NCBI GenBank assembly: GCA_963778655.1
Contig: CAVZVA010000011.1
Location: 480,001-544,000, forward strand
Origin: an uncultured delta proteobacterium
Lineage (GTDB): Bacteria > Myxococcota_A > Polyangia > Polyangiales > JAFGIB01
Direction: 5' to 3'
DNA: 64,000 bases
Positions 42,886-54,700 of this stretch are shown here, one piece after another. The notes below the pieces were generated by a model, which did no database searches, was not told the DNA's origin, and saw only the letters and a list, made by a program, of their open reading frames with translations. The position numbers and the translations under genes were made by a program. Every line of letters begins with the position of its first letter. Positions within the stretch are counted from its first letter, which is position 1.

Positions 42886-43293
42886 GTGACAGCCGGCGAC
42901 GAGCTCAAGCAAGCCCTGTCCGGGCTTGTTGAGGGCCCAGGGCGCGCAGTGCTGATCGTCGAGCCCTCGCCGGACAACCAGGCGCGGCTGGCCCGCCTGG
43001 TCGCGGTGCACGGGCACCGCGCGATCGGCACCAGCGGCCTGGACGGCGCGCGCGCCCTACTGCGCGCGTTCCCGGTCGACCTGGTGCTGCTCGCCGACGA
43101 GGTGGCCGGAGGCTCGCCGCTGCCGGTGGTGGCGGAGATGGTCGGCAGCCGTCCCCACGCCCGCATCGTGATCATGCGGCGCCCGAGCGACACCCCAGAC
43201 GGTGCACACCAGGACGACGCCAGCGGCGGAGCGCTCGAGTACGTGCCGCGCTCCTTCGGCCGCGACGTCCTGCAGACTCTGCTCGAGGGCTGA
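42886..43293 (+). CDS. stand-alone atypical receiver domain
   Basis: VLIVEP, VDLVLLA, ARIVIM, GALEYVPR follow the REC fold pattern but canonical D/K positions are altered. Confidence 0.65.
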   Translation: MTAGDELKQALSGLVEGPGRAVLIVEPSPDNQARLARLVAVHGHRAIGTSGLDGARALLRAFPVDLVLLADEVAGGSPLPVVAEMVGSRPHARIVIMRRPSDTPDGAHQDDASGGALEYVPRSFGRDVLQTLLEG

Positions 43294-43433
43294 GCGCGAT
43301 CGCGTTCGCCGGGCCGCGCGCGCTCCACGTTGCCGGCAGCGGCAAGATCGCCCAATATCGTACCCCTTGCCGCCAACTCCGCGCGCCGGCGAGCGCCCCG
43401 CGCGCTTTCCGCCGATCGCCCTCGAGCCTCGCG

Positions 43434-45287
43434 TTGCGCACGCTTGCCCTTCCAGCCTTCGTCGGCGCCGTCCTGCTGGGCGTGGTGACGCTCGCCCACA
43501 GCGCCGGCGGCACCATCGACGTGGCCTCGATTCGCCCCGGCATGAAGGGCTACGGGCTGACCGTGTTCCGCGGTCGCACGCCCGAGCGCTTCGATGTCGA
43601 GGTGATCGACGTGATGCACAACTTCCGCCCCGATCAGGACATGATCCTGATACGCACCCACCATCCCATCCTGGACAAGGCCATGGTGGTCGGCGGCATG
43701 AGCGGCAGCCCGATCTACCTAGAAGGCAAGCTCGCGGGCGCATATTCGTACGGCTGGATGTTCGGCAAGGAGCCGGTGGCCGGGGTCACGCCGATCGCGA
43801 ACATGCTGGCGGAGATGGCGCGCCCGCTCGACCCCGCGATCTGGAAGGCGCTCGGCACGCTGCCCCAGATCGCGGACGCGCCCGCGCCCCGGCCCGGCAG
43901 CGCGCGGCTCGCCGGCTTGCCGCCGTACCTCGGCACCGAGCGCAGCGACGCGCTGCAGCCCCTGCGCCGCCATGCCCGCGCGCTCGGCTACGACCAGGAC
44001 AGCGCGGGTCTACGGCCGGCGGCCACGCCGATCATGTTGTCTGGCTTCGACGAGCGCATGGCCTCCGTGCTCAACGCCCAACTCGGGCGCTTCGGCCTGG
44101 TCGCGCTGCAGGCCGGCGGCGCGGCCGGCGCCGCCGCGAACGCCGCGCAGCCCCCGCCGCGTTTCGAGAACGGCGGCTCGCTCGGGGTCTCGCTGATCCG
44201 CGGCGACATCAGCGCGTTCGCGGTCGGCACCGTCACCGACGTGGTGGGCGACAAGCTGGTGGGCTTCGGCCACCCCATGCTCAACGCGGGACAGCCGGCG
44301 CTGCCGACCTGCACCGCGCGCGTGCTGCACATCTTCGCCAGCGAGAGCCGCTCGTTCAAGATCGCCGAAGCGGGTCCTCAGCTCGGCACGCTGGTGCACG
44401 ATCGCCAGGCGGCGATCGTGGTCGACACCAAGCTGCAAGCCGACACCGTGCCGATGCGCGTGCGGGTGCTGGGCGTGACCGGCGCGCCCCGCACCGAGTG
44501 GAACGTGGAGCTGGCCAGCCAGCGCATGCTCACGCCGCTGCTGGCGTTCTCGGCGCTCGGCAATGCGCTCGGCGTGACCGCCGCGGAGAACACCGACGTG
44601 GTGTTCGAAGCCGACAGCCGCGTGCAGATCGAAGGCCACGGCACGCTCGAGGTCGACGACACCGGCTACACCTCGGTCGGGCTCGACGACCCGATGGCGC
44701 TCTCACAGCTGCGGCTGTTCGACCTGGTCGACGCTGCCTACGGCAACCCGTTCGAGGCGGCGCGGATCCGGCGCATCGACGTCGAGCTGCGGGTGCGCTT
44801 CGCCCGCGACGTGGTGACGATCCTCGACGCGCTCGTGCCCAGCACCGAGGTCGACCCCGATCGCGACCTCGACGTGTATCTGACGCTGCAGCGCTTCGGG
44901 CAGCCGCCCGAGGTGCGCATCGTGACCGTGCACGTGCCGCAGAGCGCGGCCGGCGAGAAGATCGAGCTGAGGTTCGAGCCGGGCAACCAGGTCAAGCTCG
45001 AGCGACCCGAGCCGAAGGACCTCGACCAGGTGCTCGACAACGTGCGCATGGGCTATCCTTCGACCTCGATCGTGGTCTCGACCAAGCTGCCGAGCCAGGG
45101 CCTGCAGCTGCGCGGGCACGTGGTGCGCGACCTGCCCGGGTCGGCGCTCGACGCCTTCCGGGTCGGGGGCCAGGCCCATCACCCGACCGCTTTCTCCACC
45201 TACGAGCGCAAGGAGCTGCCCATGAAACAAGTGGTCAACGGCTCGGCACGCCTCACGCTCGAGGTCCGCACAGAGCCGCGCAAATGA
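43434..45287 (+). CDS. SpoIVB peptidase S55-domain protein
   Basis: GMKGYGLTVF, GGMSGSPIY, GVTPIANML, GTVT...FGHPM. Confidence 0.85.
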   Translation: MRTLALPAFVGAVLLGVVTLAHSAGGTIDVASIRPGMKGYGLTVFRGRTPERFDVEVIDVMHNFRPDQDMILIRTHHPILDKAMVVGGMSGSPIYLEGKLAGAYSYGWMFGKEPVAGVTPIANMLAEMARPLDPAIWKALGTLPQIADAPAPRPGSARLAGLPPYLGTERSDALQPLRRHARALGYDQDSAGLRPAATPIMLSGFDERMASVLNAQLGRFGLVALQAGGAAGAAANAAQPPPRFENGGSLGVSLIRGDISAFAVGTVTDVVGDKLVGFGHPMLNAGQPALPTCTARVLHIFASESRSFKIAEAGPQLGTLVHDRQAAIVVDTKLQADTVPMRVRVLGVTGAPRTEWNVELASQRMLTPLLAFSALGNALGVTAAENTDVVFEADSRVQIEGHGTLEVDDTGYTSVGLDDPMALSQLRLFDLVDAAYGNPFEAARIRRIDVELRVRFARDVVTILDALVPSTEVDPDRDLDVYLTLQRFGQPPEVRIVTVHVPQSAAGEKIELRFEPGNQVKLERPEPKDLDQVLDNVRMGYPSTSIVVSTKLPSQGLQLRGHVVRDLPGSALDAFRVGGQAHHPTAFSTYERKELPMKQVVNGSARLTLEVRTEPRK

Positions 45288-47323
45288 CGACACTCCCACG
45301 CAAGCTCGGACTCGGCCTCGGCGCTGCGCTGCTGTGCGCGCTCGCCGCGGCGGCACACGCCGTCACCACGCGGCAGTTCTCGCTCGACAGCGCCGGCGTG
45401 CTCTCGGCCGGCAAGCTGGAGGGCGCGGCCGTGCTCTCGAGCGGCGCGGTGGTGCCGAGCGTGGGCGTCAAGCGCATCGCGTTGCCCAACGTGGCGCTCG
45501 CCCGAAGCCTGCTGACCTACCCGGACGGCTCGGCGCTGATCGGCACCGGCAACGACGGCAAGATCTGGAAGCTGTCCGGCGACGCGGTCTCGCTGTTCGC
45601 GGACACCGGCGAGCTGCTGGTGACCTCGCTGGCGCAAGGGCCCGACGGCACGGTCTACGCCGGCACGCTGCCGCACGCCAAGATCTTCGCCATCGACAAG
45701 CACGGCAAGGCCAGCCTGTTCGCGACGCCACCCGGCGCCGAGCATGTGTGGGCGCTGTGCTACGACGCCCGCCGCAAGACACTGTTCGCGGCCACCGGCC
45801 CGCAGGGCAAGGTGTTCGCGATCGACGGCAAGGGCAAGGCGGACGTCTACTATCAGGGCAAGGCCAGCCACGTGATGTCGCTGGCGGAGGACGCCCAGGG
45901 CCGGCTGTACGCCGGCACCAGCGACGACGCGCTGCTCGTGCGCATCGACGGTCCGGGCCGCTTCGACGTGCTCTACGACTTCGAAGGCAACGAGATCACC
46001 GCGCTCGCGCTGCAGGACGGGCGCGTGGCGGTGGCGGCCAACACCTTTCCCAAGCCGGCCACCCCGTCGAGCGCCAAGAAGAAGGAGGGCGACAAGAAGG
46101 ACGACAAGGCGAGCGAGGACAAGACCGAGGTCAAGAAGGCCACGCCCAAGCCGGGCACCGGCGAGCTTTGGGTAGTCGAGTCCAACGGCCAGGCGCGCAA
46201 GCTGTTCTCCTCCACCGAGGACGGTCACATCACCGCGGTGCAGTGGGGACCCGAGCGCAGCGTCTACGCCGCCACCGGCAAGGAAGGGCACATCTTCCGG
46301 GTCGAGCCCGACGGCACCAACGCGCTGTGGATCGACGTCGACGAGCGCCAAGTGCTGGCACTGCAGCTGCAGGGTGAGCACCCGCTGTTCGTGACCGGCG
46401 ACGCAGGCGCGGTCTACCGCGTGCTGCCCGGACGCGCGAGCGAGGCGCTGTGGACGAGCAAGGTGCTCGACGCCCAGTTCCCGTCTCGCTTCGGCCAGCT
46501 AAGCTGGCGCGGGCACGGCAAGCTCGCCTGCCAGACCCGCTCCGGCAACACCGAGAAGCCCGAGGAGGGCTGGAGTGAATGGTCGTCGGTCCTGCGCCAG
46601 CCGGGGCCGATCCGCAGCCCCGCCGCGCGCTTCCTGCAGGTGCGGGTCCGGCTGGATCCGAGCGCGGACAGCGTGCTGTACGCGCTGCAGGCGTATTACC
46701 TGCCCGCCAACCAGCCGGCCACGGTCAAGGACGTCACGGTCAAGCCCTCGCCCAAGAAGGACGCCTCCAACGACGAGCCGACCACGAGCTACAAGATCGA
46801 GTGGAAGGTCGACAATCCCGACGGCGACCACCTGCGCTACCGGGTCGACTACCGCCCCGAAGCTCGCCCGAGCTGGCGCCCGCTGCTGCGCGAAAGCGAG
46901 ATCCTGACGCAAACCAATTACGCGTGGAGCACGGACGGAGTGCCGGATGGTTACTACCGGGTGCGCGTCGACGCCTCGGACGAGCTCGACAACCCGGCTG
47001 CCGAGGTGTTGCACGACGCCAAGCAGTCCGAGCCCTTCCTGCTCGACAACCAGCCGCCCCGCGTCGACGGCCTGCGCTTCGCGAACGGCCGCCTGAGCGG
47101 GGTCGCTCTTGACGACCTCGGACCGATCAGCAAGCTCGAATACTCGCTCGACGGCCACCAGTGGAAGCCGTTCAACCCCAAGGACGATCTATTCGACACC
47201 CGGCAGGAGGCCTTCGCGCTCGAGCTCGGAGCCCTGCCCAAGGGCAGCCACGTGGTCGCCGTGCGCACCGAGGACGCGCGCCACAACGCCGGCAGCGCCG
47301 AGCTCTGGGTCGAGATCAAATAG
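45284..47323 (+). CDS. secreted beta-propeller protein with C-terminal Ig/FN3-like domains
   Basis: signal peptide, repeated 'G..YAGT...GKIF.ID' blades, TRSGNT..P...WSEWS, PDGYYRVRVDASD; ATGA overlap with S55 gene. Confidence 0.8.
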   Translation: MTTLPRKLGLGLGAALLCALAAAAHAVTTRQFSLDSAGVLSAGKLEGAAVLSSGAVVPSVGVKRIALPNVALARSLLTYPDGSALIGTGNDGKIWKLSGDAVSLFADTGELLVTSLAQGPDGTVYAGTLPHAKIFAIDKHGKASLFATPPGAEHVWALCYDARRKTLFAATGPQGKVFAIDGKGKADVYYQGKASHVMSLAEDAQGRLYAGTSDDALLVRIDGPGRFDVLYDFEGNEITALALQDGRVAVAANTFPKPATPSSAKKKEGDKKDDKASEDKTEVKKATPKPGTGELWVVESNGQARKLFSSTEDGHITAVQWGPERSVYAATGKEGHIFRVEPDGTNALWIDVDERQVLALQLQGEHPLFVTGDAGAVYRVLPGRASEALWTSKVLDAQFPSRFGQLSWRGHGKLACQTRSGNTEKPEEGWSEWSSVLRQPGPIRSPAARFLQVRVRLDPSADSVLYALQAYYLPANQPATVKDVTVKPSPKKDASNDEPTTSYKIEWKVDNPDGDHLRYRVDYRPEARPSWRPLLRESEILTQTNYAWSTDGVPDGYYRVRVDASDELDNPAAEVLHDAKQSEPFLLDNQPPRVDGLRFANGRLSGVALDDLGPISKLEYSLDGHQWKPFNPKDDLFDTRQEAFALELGALPKGSHVVAVRTEDARHNAGSAELWVEIK

Positions 47324-47356
47324 GGGCGATATCGCGGAGCTGCACGGACGTCGTGC

Positions 47357-47860
47357 TCAGATCGCGCCCTTGAGCATGCTGACGCGGCCGGTGCGCACCA
47401 GCTCGACCACGTCGTAGTCCTTGAGCAGGCGCACCAGCGAGTCGATCTTGTTCTCGTGGCCCGTAACCTCGATGATCATCGACTCCGCGCCGACGTCGAC
47501 GATCTTGGCATTGAAGATGTCGACGATGTCCATCAGGCGCTTGCGCACTTCCTTCTCGCCCCGGACCCGGATCAGCGCCAGCTCGCGGCTGGCGAACTCG
47601 CGGTCGGAGATATCCTCGATCTCGGTGATGTCGTCGAGCTTGCGCAGCGCAGCCACCATCTCCTCGGAATCGGTGCTAGCGTCGACCACGAAGGTCATGC
47701 GGGACATGCCCTGCTGCTCGGAGGCGCCCACCGCCAGGCTGCGGATATTGAAGCCCTTCTCTTGCCAACAGGCCGCGATGCGGTACAGCACGCCCGGGCG
47801 GTCTTTGACCAGCGCCACGATGGTGTGGGGGGCAAGGCCGCTGCGGGAAGGCGCGCTCAC
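47357..47860 (-). CDS. ilvN: acetolactate synthase small (regulatory) subunit
   Basis: HTIVALVKDRPGVL, FNIRSLAVG, RELALIRV, ELVRTG. Confidence 0.9.
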   Translation of the reverse strand: MSAPSRSGLAPHTIVALVKDRPGVLYRIAACWQEKGFNIRSLAVGASEQQGMSRMTFVVDASTDSEEMVAALRKLDDITEIEDISDREFASRELALIRVRGEKEVRKRLMDIVDIFNAKIVDVGAESMIIEVTGHENKIDSLVRLLKDYDVVELVRTGRVSMLKGAI

Positions 47861-48098
47861 GGCTCCGGTTATTTCGCCAAATGCCTGCGATGTCGAGGGG
47901 GATCACCCCCAAGGCCCCGAGACCGAGCGGGCTCTTGTCCTTAGCCCCATTTGGGGCCACATTCCCGCACAATCCCTAGTGCGTCTTAGCTGGCAACGTG
48001 TAGACTGTGCCCCCGCCGGCGCGGGGTCCGGTGCCCCGACCGGCTGAATCGGGGTCGGAAGCGGGCGCTGGCAGCCCATCGAGGCGTGCGCGTCCGAT

Positions 48099-50558
48099 GT
48101 GCGCATGAACGATGTGAGCAGTGAAAATCTCGGCGTGCAGACCGAATGGTCGGCGGACGAGCTGATCCCTTTCGGGAAGTACATCCTGCTCGACCGCATC
48201 AATAGCGGTGCGACCGCCGCGGTCTATCGCGCCAACGTGCGCGGCGAGGCCGGCTTCGAACGCCTGGTCGCGATCAAACGCATCCTCCCGCACATGGCGG
48301 GCGACCGTGACTTCGTCGACACCTTCGTGCGCGAAGCCAAGACCGTCGCGCGCCTGGCCCACGAGAGCATCTGCCCGATCTACGAGCTGGGCAAGGTCGG
48401 CGAGTCGCTGTACATGGCGGTCGAGTACATCCAGGGCAAGGATCTCGGCCTGATCATGCGCCGGCTGGCGCGCAAGGGCGTGGCCATGCCCCCCCTGATC
48501 GCGGCCTGGGTGGCGGCGCGGCTGTGTGACGCGCTCGACTACGCGCACAGCCTCAAGAACGCCAAGGGCGTGCGCGTGGGGATGATCCACCGCGACCTCT
48601 CGCCCAACAACATCCTGCTCAGCTACGAAGGTCAGGTGAAGCTGATCGACTTCGGGCTCGCCCGCGCCGTCGGCAGGGCCCAGTCGACCAACGTCGACGC
48701 GCTCAAGAAGAAGCTCAGCTACATGAGCCCGGAGATGGTCAAGGGCCGACCGCTCGACGCGCGCTCGGACATCTTCGGGGTCGGCATCTGCCTGTACGAG
48801 ATGGTCACCGCGCGCAAGCTGTTCGCCGGCGACAACGACATCGACACGCTCAAGCTGGTCGGCCGCGCCTCGGTGCCGCCGCCGTCGGCGGTGGTCGACG
48901 ACGCGCCCGACGAGCTCGAAATCGTGATCATGCACGCGCTCGAGCGCGAGCCCGACGATCGCTTCCAGAACGCCGCCGACATGGGCGAGGCGCTCAACGC
49001 CTATATCCAGAAGACCGACCCCACGTTCAACCCGCAGCGGCTGGCGGCCTGGATGGTCGAGCTGTTCGGCGCCGAAATCGCCGCCGAGCAGCAGCGCATC
49101 AAGCAGTTGCTCGAAGCCAGCGCCGATCCCGACCTGATCAAGCAGCGGCGCGCGTTCTTCGCCTCGCCCTCGGGCGCCGCGGCGCGCGCACGCGCCGAGA
49201 TCGAGCGCCGCCTCAGCACCGAGCCGCCGCCGGCACGCCTGGGCATTCCGGCCAGGGTGCCCAAGGCCGCGCCCGTGCCCTTGGGCTCGGCGGCGGCCGC
49301 AGCTGGGGGGCGCCCGAACGGTTTCGATGAAGAGCCGACCGGCTTCTACGATGCCGAGAAGACGCGCGCGGGCGGACCCGAGGGCGCGGTCGGCGCCGGC
49401 TTCGAGGACGAGCCCACGCAGTTCCTGATCGACGGCGAGCTCGAAGAGGTGAGGCTCGCGCCCACCGGTCTGCCGGCGCCGGTTCGCGTGCCGGCGCCGG
49501 GCGCGGAGACCGGGGGCTTCGACGAAGAGCCGACCGAAATCTACTTCAACAAGGAAGAAAACGTTGGCATCAGGGAGCTGCTCGACGAGATCAACGACGT
49601 CGAGCCGGCCGCGGGCCCGCTGAACCGTCCGATCGTGGCCCCGGAGCTGGGGCTGCCGCTGCCAGGTCCGGCCGCCCGTGTTTCGCCGCTGCCGCAAATG
49701 GCACCAGCGCCGTGGGCTCCGCCGGCCTCGGTCCCGGCCGTCCCGCCGCACCCGTGGGCCACCGCGCCCGCCAGGCGCGTGCCGAGTTGGCTGATCGGGG
49801 TGAGCATGCTGGCATTGCTGGCGGCGATCGCGGCCCTGGTGATCAACACCCCGGTCGGCGCGATGCTGGGGCTGCGCGCACCCGCGGCCGGAACGATCGA
49901 GGTGCGGACGGTGCCGCCGGTCCCGGCCAACGTGCGGCTCGACAACGTGTACCGCGGCAAGGCGCCGCTGCGGATGCAGGGGGTGCAACCCGGGGTGCGC
50001 CGGCTCAGCGTGCGCGCCCAGGGCTATCTGCCGGTCAGCCGAGAGATCCAGCTCGAAGGCGGCGCCACCGCGCTGGTCGACGTCGCGCTGGTGCCCGACC
50101 GGCCGCACCCCGCGCCCGCGCCGCCGCCGGCCACGCCCGCGCAGCCCGGAGGCGCCGCGGCCCATCCGACCCCCGGCGGCGAGAAAGCGCCCACTGAGAC
50201 CTCCGACTCCGAGGGCGAGGGCCACTCGCACGCGGGCGAGTCGCACCACCACCACCACGGCCATCATGTGCCGTCGAGCGAGGACAGCAGCGCCTCCGGC
50301 ACCGCCCCGTCCTCGATACCGAAGCCGCGGCAGCCGGCAGTCGCCCCCAACACGCCGGGCACGCTCGGCATCAACAGCGTGCCCTGGGCGCTGGTCTACA
50401 TCGACGGCCGCGATACCGGGCGCAGCACGCCGCTGCTGGGCTATCCGATCGCGCCGGGCTGGCACGAGGTCCGCCTGCAGACCGCCAACGGTCAGGTCGA
50501 CATCGAGCGGATCCAGGTGCTGCCCGGCCAGGCCGTCAACCTCACCCGTCGATTCTGA
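48099..50558 (+). CDS. membrane Ser/Thr protein kinase with extracellular PEGA domains
   Basis: VAIKRILP, HRDLSPNN, DFG, YMSPE, one TM, two PEGA-like domains. Confidence 0.93.
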   Translation: MRMNDVSSENLGVQTEWSADELIPFGKYILLDRINSGATAAVYRANVRGEAGFERLVAIKRILPHMAGDRDFVDTFVREAKTVARLAHESICPIYELGKVGESLYMAVEYIQGKDLGLIMRRLARKGVAMPPLIAAWVAARLCDALDYAHSLKNAKGVRVGMIHRDLSPNNILLSYEGQVKLIDFGLARAVGRAQSTNVDALKKKLSYMSPEMVKGRPLDARSDIFGVGICLYEMVTARKLFAGDNDIDTLKLVGRASVPPPSAVVDDAPDELEIVIMHALEREPDDRFQNAADMGEALNAYIQKTDPTFNPQRLAAWMVELFGAEIAAEQQRIKQLLEASADPDLIKQRRAFFASPSGAAARARAEIERRLSTEPPPARLGIPARVPKAAPVPLGSAAAAAGGRPNGFDEEPTGFYDAEKTRAGGPEGAVGAGFEDEPTQFLIDGELEEVRLAPTGLPAPVRVPAPGAETGGFDEEPTEIYFNKEENVGIRELLDEINDVEPAAGPLNRPIVAPELGLPLPGPAARVSPLPQMAPAPWAPPASVPAVPPHPWATAPARRVPSWLIGVSMLALLAAIAALVINTPVGAMLGLRAPAAGTIEVRTVPPVPANVRLDNVYRGKAPLRMQGVQPGVRRLSVRAQGYLPVSREIQLEGGATALVDVALVPDRPHPAPAPPPATPAQPGGAAAHPTPGGEKAPTETSDSEGEGHSHAGESHHHHHGHHVPSSEDSSASGTAPSSIPKPRQPAVAPNTPGTLGINSVPWALVYIDGRDTGRSTPLLGYPIAPGWHEVRLQTANGQVDIERIQVLPGQAVNLTRRF

Positions 50559-50585
50559 GCCGCCCGCGGCGTCGCGTTCCACAGA

Positions 50586-50670
50586 GATTCACAGGAAGGC
50601 GGGAAGACGGGAAGACGGCAAGCAGAGCGGAAGGGATGGTCGTTGCCCTTCCCGCCTTGCCGTTGTTCCG
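50586..50670. repeat. intergenic purine/pyrimidine palindromic (REP-like) element
   Basis: GATTCACAGGAAGGCGGGAAGACGGGAAG...CTTCCCGCCTT between convergent genes; related copy at 63787-63837. Confidence 0.6.
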
Positions 50671-50688
50671 CAAAGCCTTGGATCGCGC

Positions 50689-51777
50689 TCAACGCTCGCG
50701 CTTGGGCGGAAGCGCGGCCTCGCTGCCGACCTTGAGCCGGTGCATGACCGATTGCTTCTGGCGTTCCTTGTAGGCGGCGTGGCTCGCCTCGCCCAGCTCG
50801 TTGTGCTGCTCGGTGTAGCGGTCGATCAGCTGGAACTCGGTCTGCACGAACACCACCGGGCCGAGGGCTCGCGCCGAGGGCGGCGCAAGCGCGGCCATCT
50901 CCGGCGTCAGCCGCACCGGCATGTCGACCACGAAGTGGACCACCTGGTAGTTGTCCGCGGTGAAGCGGTTCTGCACGCGCGTGAGGTCGTCCTCGAGATC
51001 GGGGGCGAGCTGCAGGCCACCGGAGAGATCGCGCAGGTGCGGGTTCTGGTCGCAGTAGGAGCGGAAGTGGAACAGCGTGTTGGTGGATTGACTCGGGATC
51101 ACGTAGTTGAACGGAAAGATGTGACGCAGCATGTAGTTGATCACCGGGAAGATGTCGTCCGGCGCGCGCGTCACGATGCGAAAACGCACCTTGTCATAGA
51201 TGTTTGCGGCGATCGTCTCGGGCTTGGACAGCAGCTTGGTGTACAGCGAGTCTTTGTTCTTGCGCCCGCCGATGAACTCCTGAATCGGGAAGCCGTGCGC
51301 GAGCATGCCGCCGATCACCCGATACACCTTCTCCTCGACCAGGTTGAACACCTCCTGGTCGGGAATCGGCAGCATGAACAGCAGCTCGCGGCCCGCCAGG
51401 TGGTGGATGATGTGCATCACCTTGAGGATGGTGCAGGCGCACAGCTGCCGGTGGCCCCGGTTGCTGGCCAGCATCAGCAGGCCCAGGAAGTCGAGCGCAG
51501 CGACCGGCTTGGGAATGGGGAAGTCGTAGTTGCGCCGCAGGTAGCTGATCGCCTCGTGCTTGACGCCCTCGGTCCGCTGCCGGTCGATGGGATCGTCGGG
51601 CAGCAGCTCCTGGGCGCGGATGAACTCCAGCGCCTCGTCGCGCGAGCCGAAGTTCAGCCGGTGCCAGTCGATAACCGAGCCGCCCCGCAACACCAGTCGC
51701 ACCGCCTCGAGGTCGCCGAGGCGAAAGCTATCGATCGGGCGGAAGTAGCTGTCCGGCTCAGGCAGCCCGTTGTGCAT
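50689..51777 (-). CDS. TIGR04552-like myxobacterial protein (RelA/SpoT-like nucleotidyltransferase fold)
   Basis: LRGGSVIDW, CTILKVMHIIHH, K.KDSLYTKLL, YDKVRFRIV, EFQL. Confidence 0.8.
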   Translation of the reverse strand: MHNGLPEPDSYFRPIDSFRLGDLEAVRLVLRGGSVIDWHRLNFGSRDEALEFIRAQELLPDDPIDRQRTEGVKHEAISYLRRNYDFPIPKPVAALDFLGLLMLASNRGHRQLCACTILKVMHIIHHLAGRELLFMLPIPDQEVFNLVEEKVYRVIGGMLAHGFPIQEFIGGRKNKDSLYTKLLSKPETIAANIYDKVRFRIVTRAPDDIFPVINYMLRHIFPFNYVIPSQSTNTLFHFRSYCDQNPHLRDLSGGLQLAPDLEDDLTRVQNRFTADNYQVVHFVVDMPVRLTPEMAALAPPSARALGPVVFVQTEFQLIDRYTEQHNELGEASHAAYKERQKQSVMHRLKVGSEAALPPKRER

Positions 51778-51831
51778 GGGACGTCGAGCTTACCCCAAAC
51801 CTCCGCCGTAGGATCGGCGGAAGGTTGCCTC

Positions 51832-51975
51832 TCAGGCGCCTCGTCCCAGCGAGATCGTGCCCATGAAGATGCCCACAGTGATGGCGAGCACCGCCAGGTT
51901 GCCGAAAAACACGCCCTGGCAGGAGCACAGCAGCACCGCGGCCAGCAGAGCGATCAACCCGGTCCCTGTTCTCAT
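51832..51975 (-). CDS. small hydrophobic lipoprotein-like peptide (47 aa)
   Basis: MRTGTGLIALLAAVLLCSCQGVFFGNLAVLAITVGIFMGTISLGRGA: lipobox plus second hydrophobic helix, GC3-biased codons. Confidence 0.6.
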   Translation of the reverse strand: MRTGTGLIALLAAVLLCSCQGVFFGNLAVLAITVGIFMGTISLGRGA

Positions 51976-52197
51976 GGCGAGGCGAGTGCTCCCTGCGTGT
52001 AGGCTACTATCCGACAACCGGCGTTGCGGGTCAAAACTCTTACTACAGGAGCTCATGGTTTGACCACGAAAAAGTCGCATGCTGAGGTCACACAGGCGCC
52101 GCGCGAACAGCTGCGCTAGCGTTGCCGCTCGGCAGCGGCGAAGCCCTTCGCCGCGGATCCTGCGGATCCGCGCGGCCGAGCACAGGTATAGCGAGCC

Positions 52198-54576
<2,379 letters not shown>

Positions 54577-54700
54577 GGTTCACCAGCGCGAGCACGATGG
54601 CCGGTAAGTTCGACCAGGGTTCGAGCCGCGTGGGAGCGAAGCGATCCCGAGGGAGGGTGGGTCCTTCGCCAGTGGGGAGGGAGGGGCGGGTGCCCCTCCC

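Noticed and set aside
43202..45283. N-terminal half of the 1373-aa ORF
   Set aside because: Arg/Ala-rich shadow frame over the S55 gene; the real gene starts at ATG 45284
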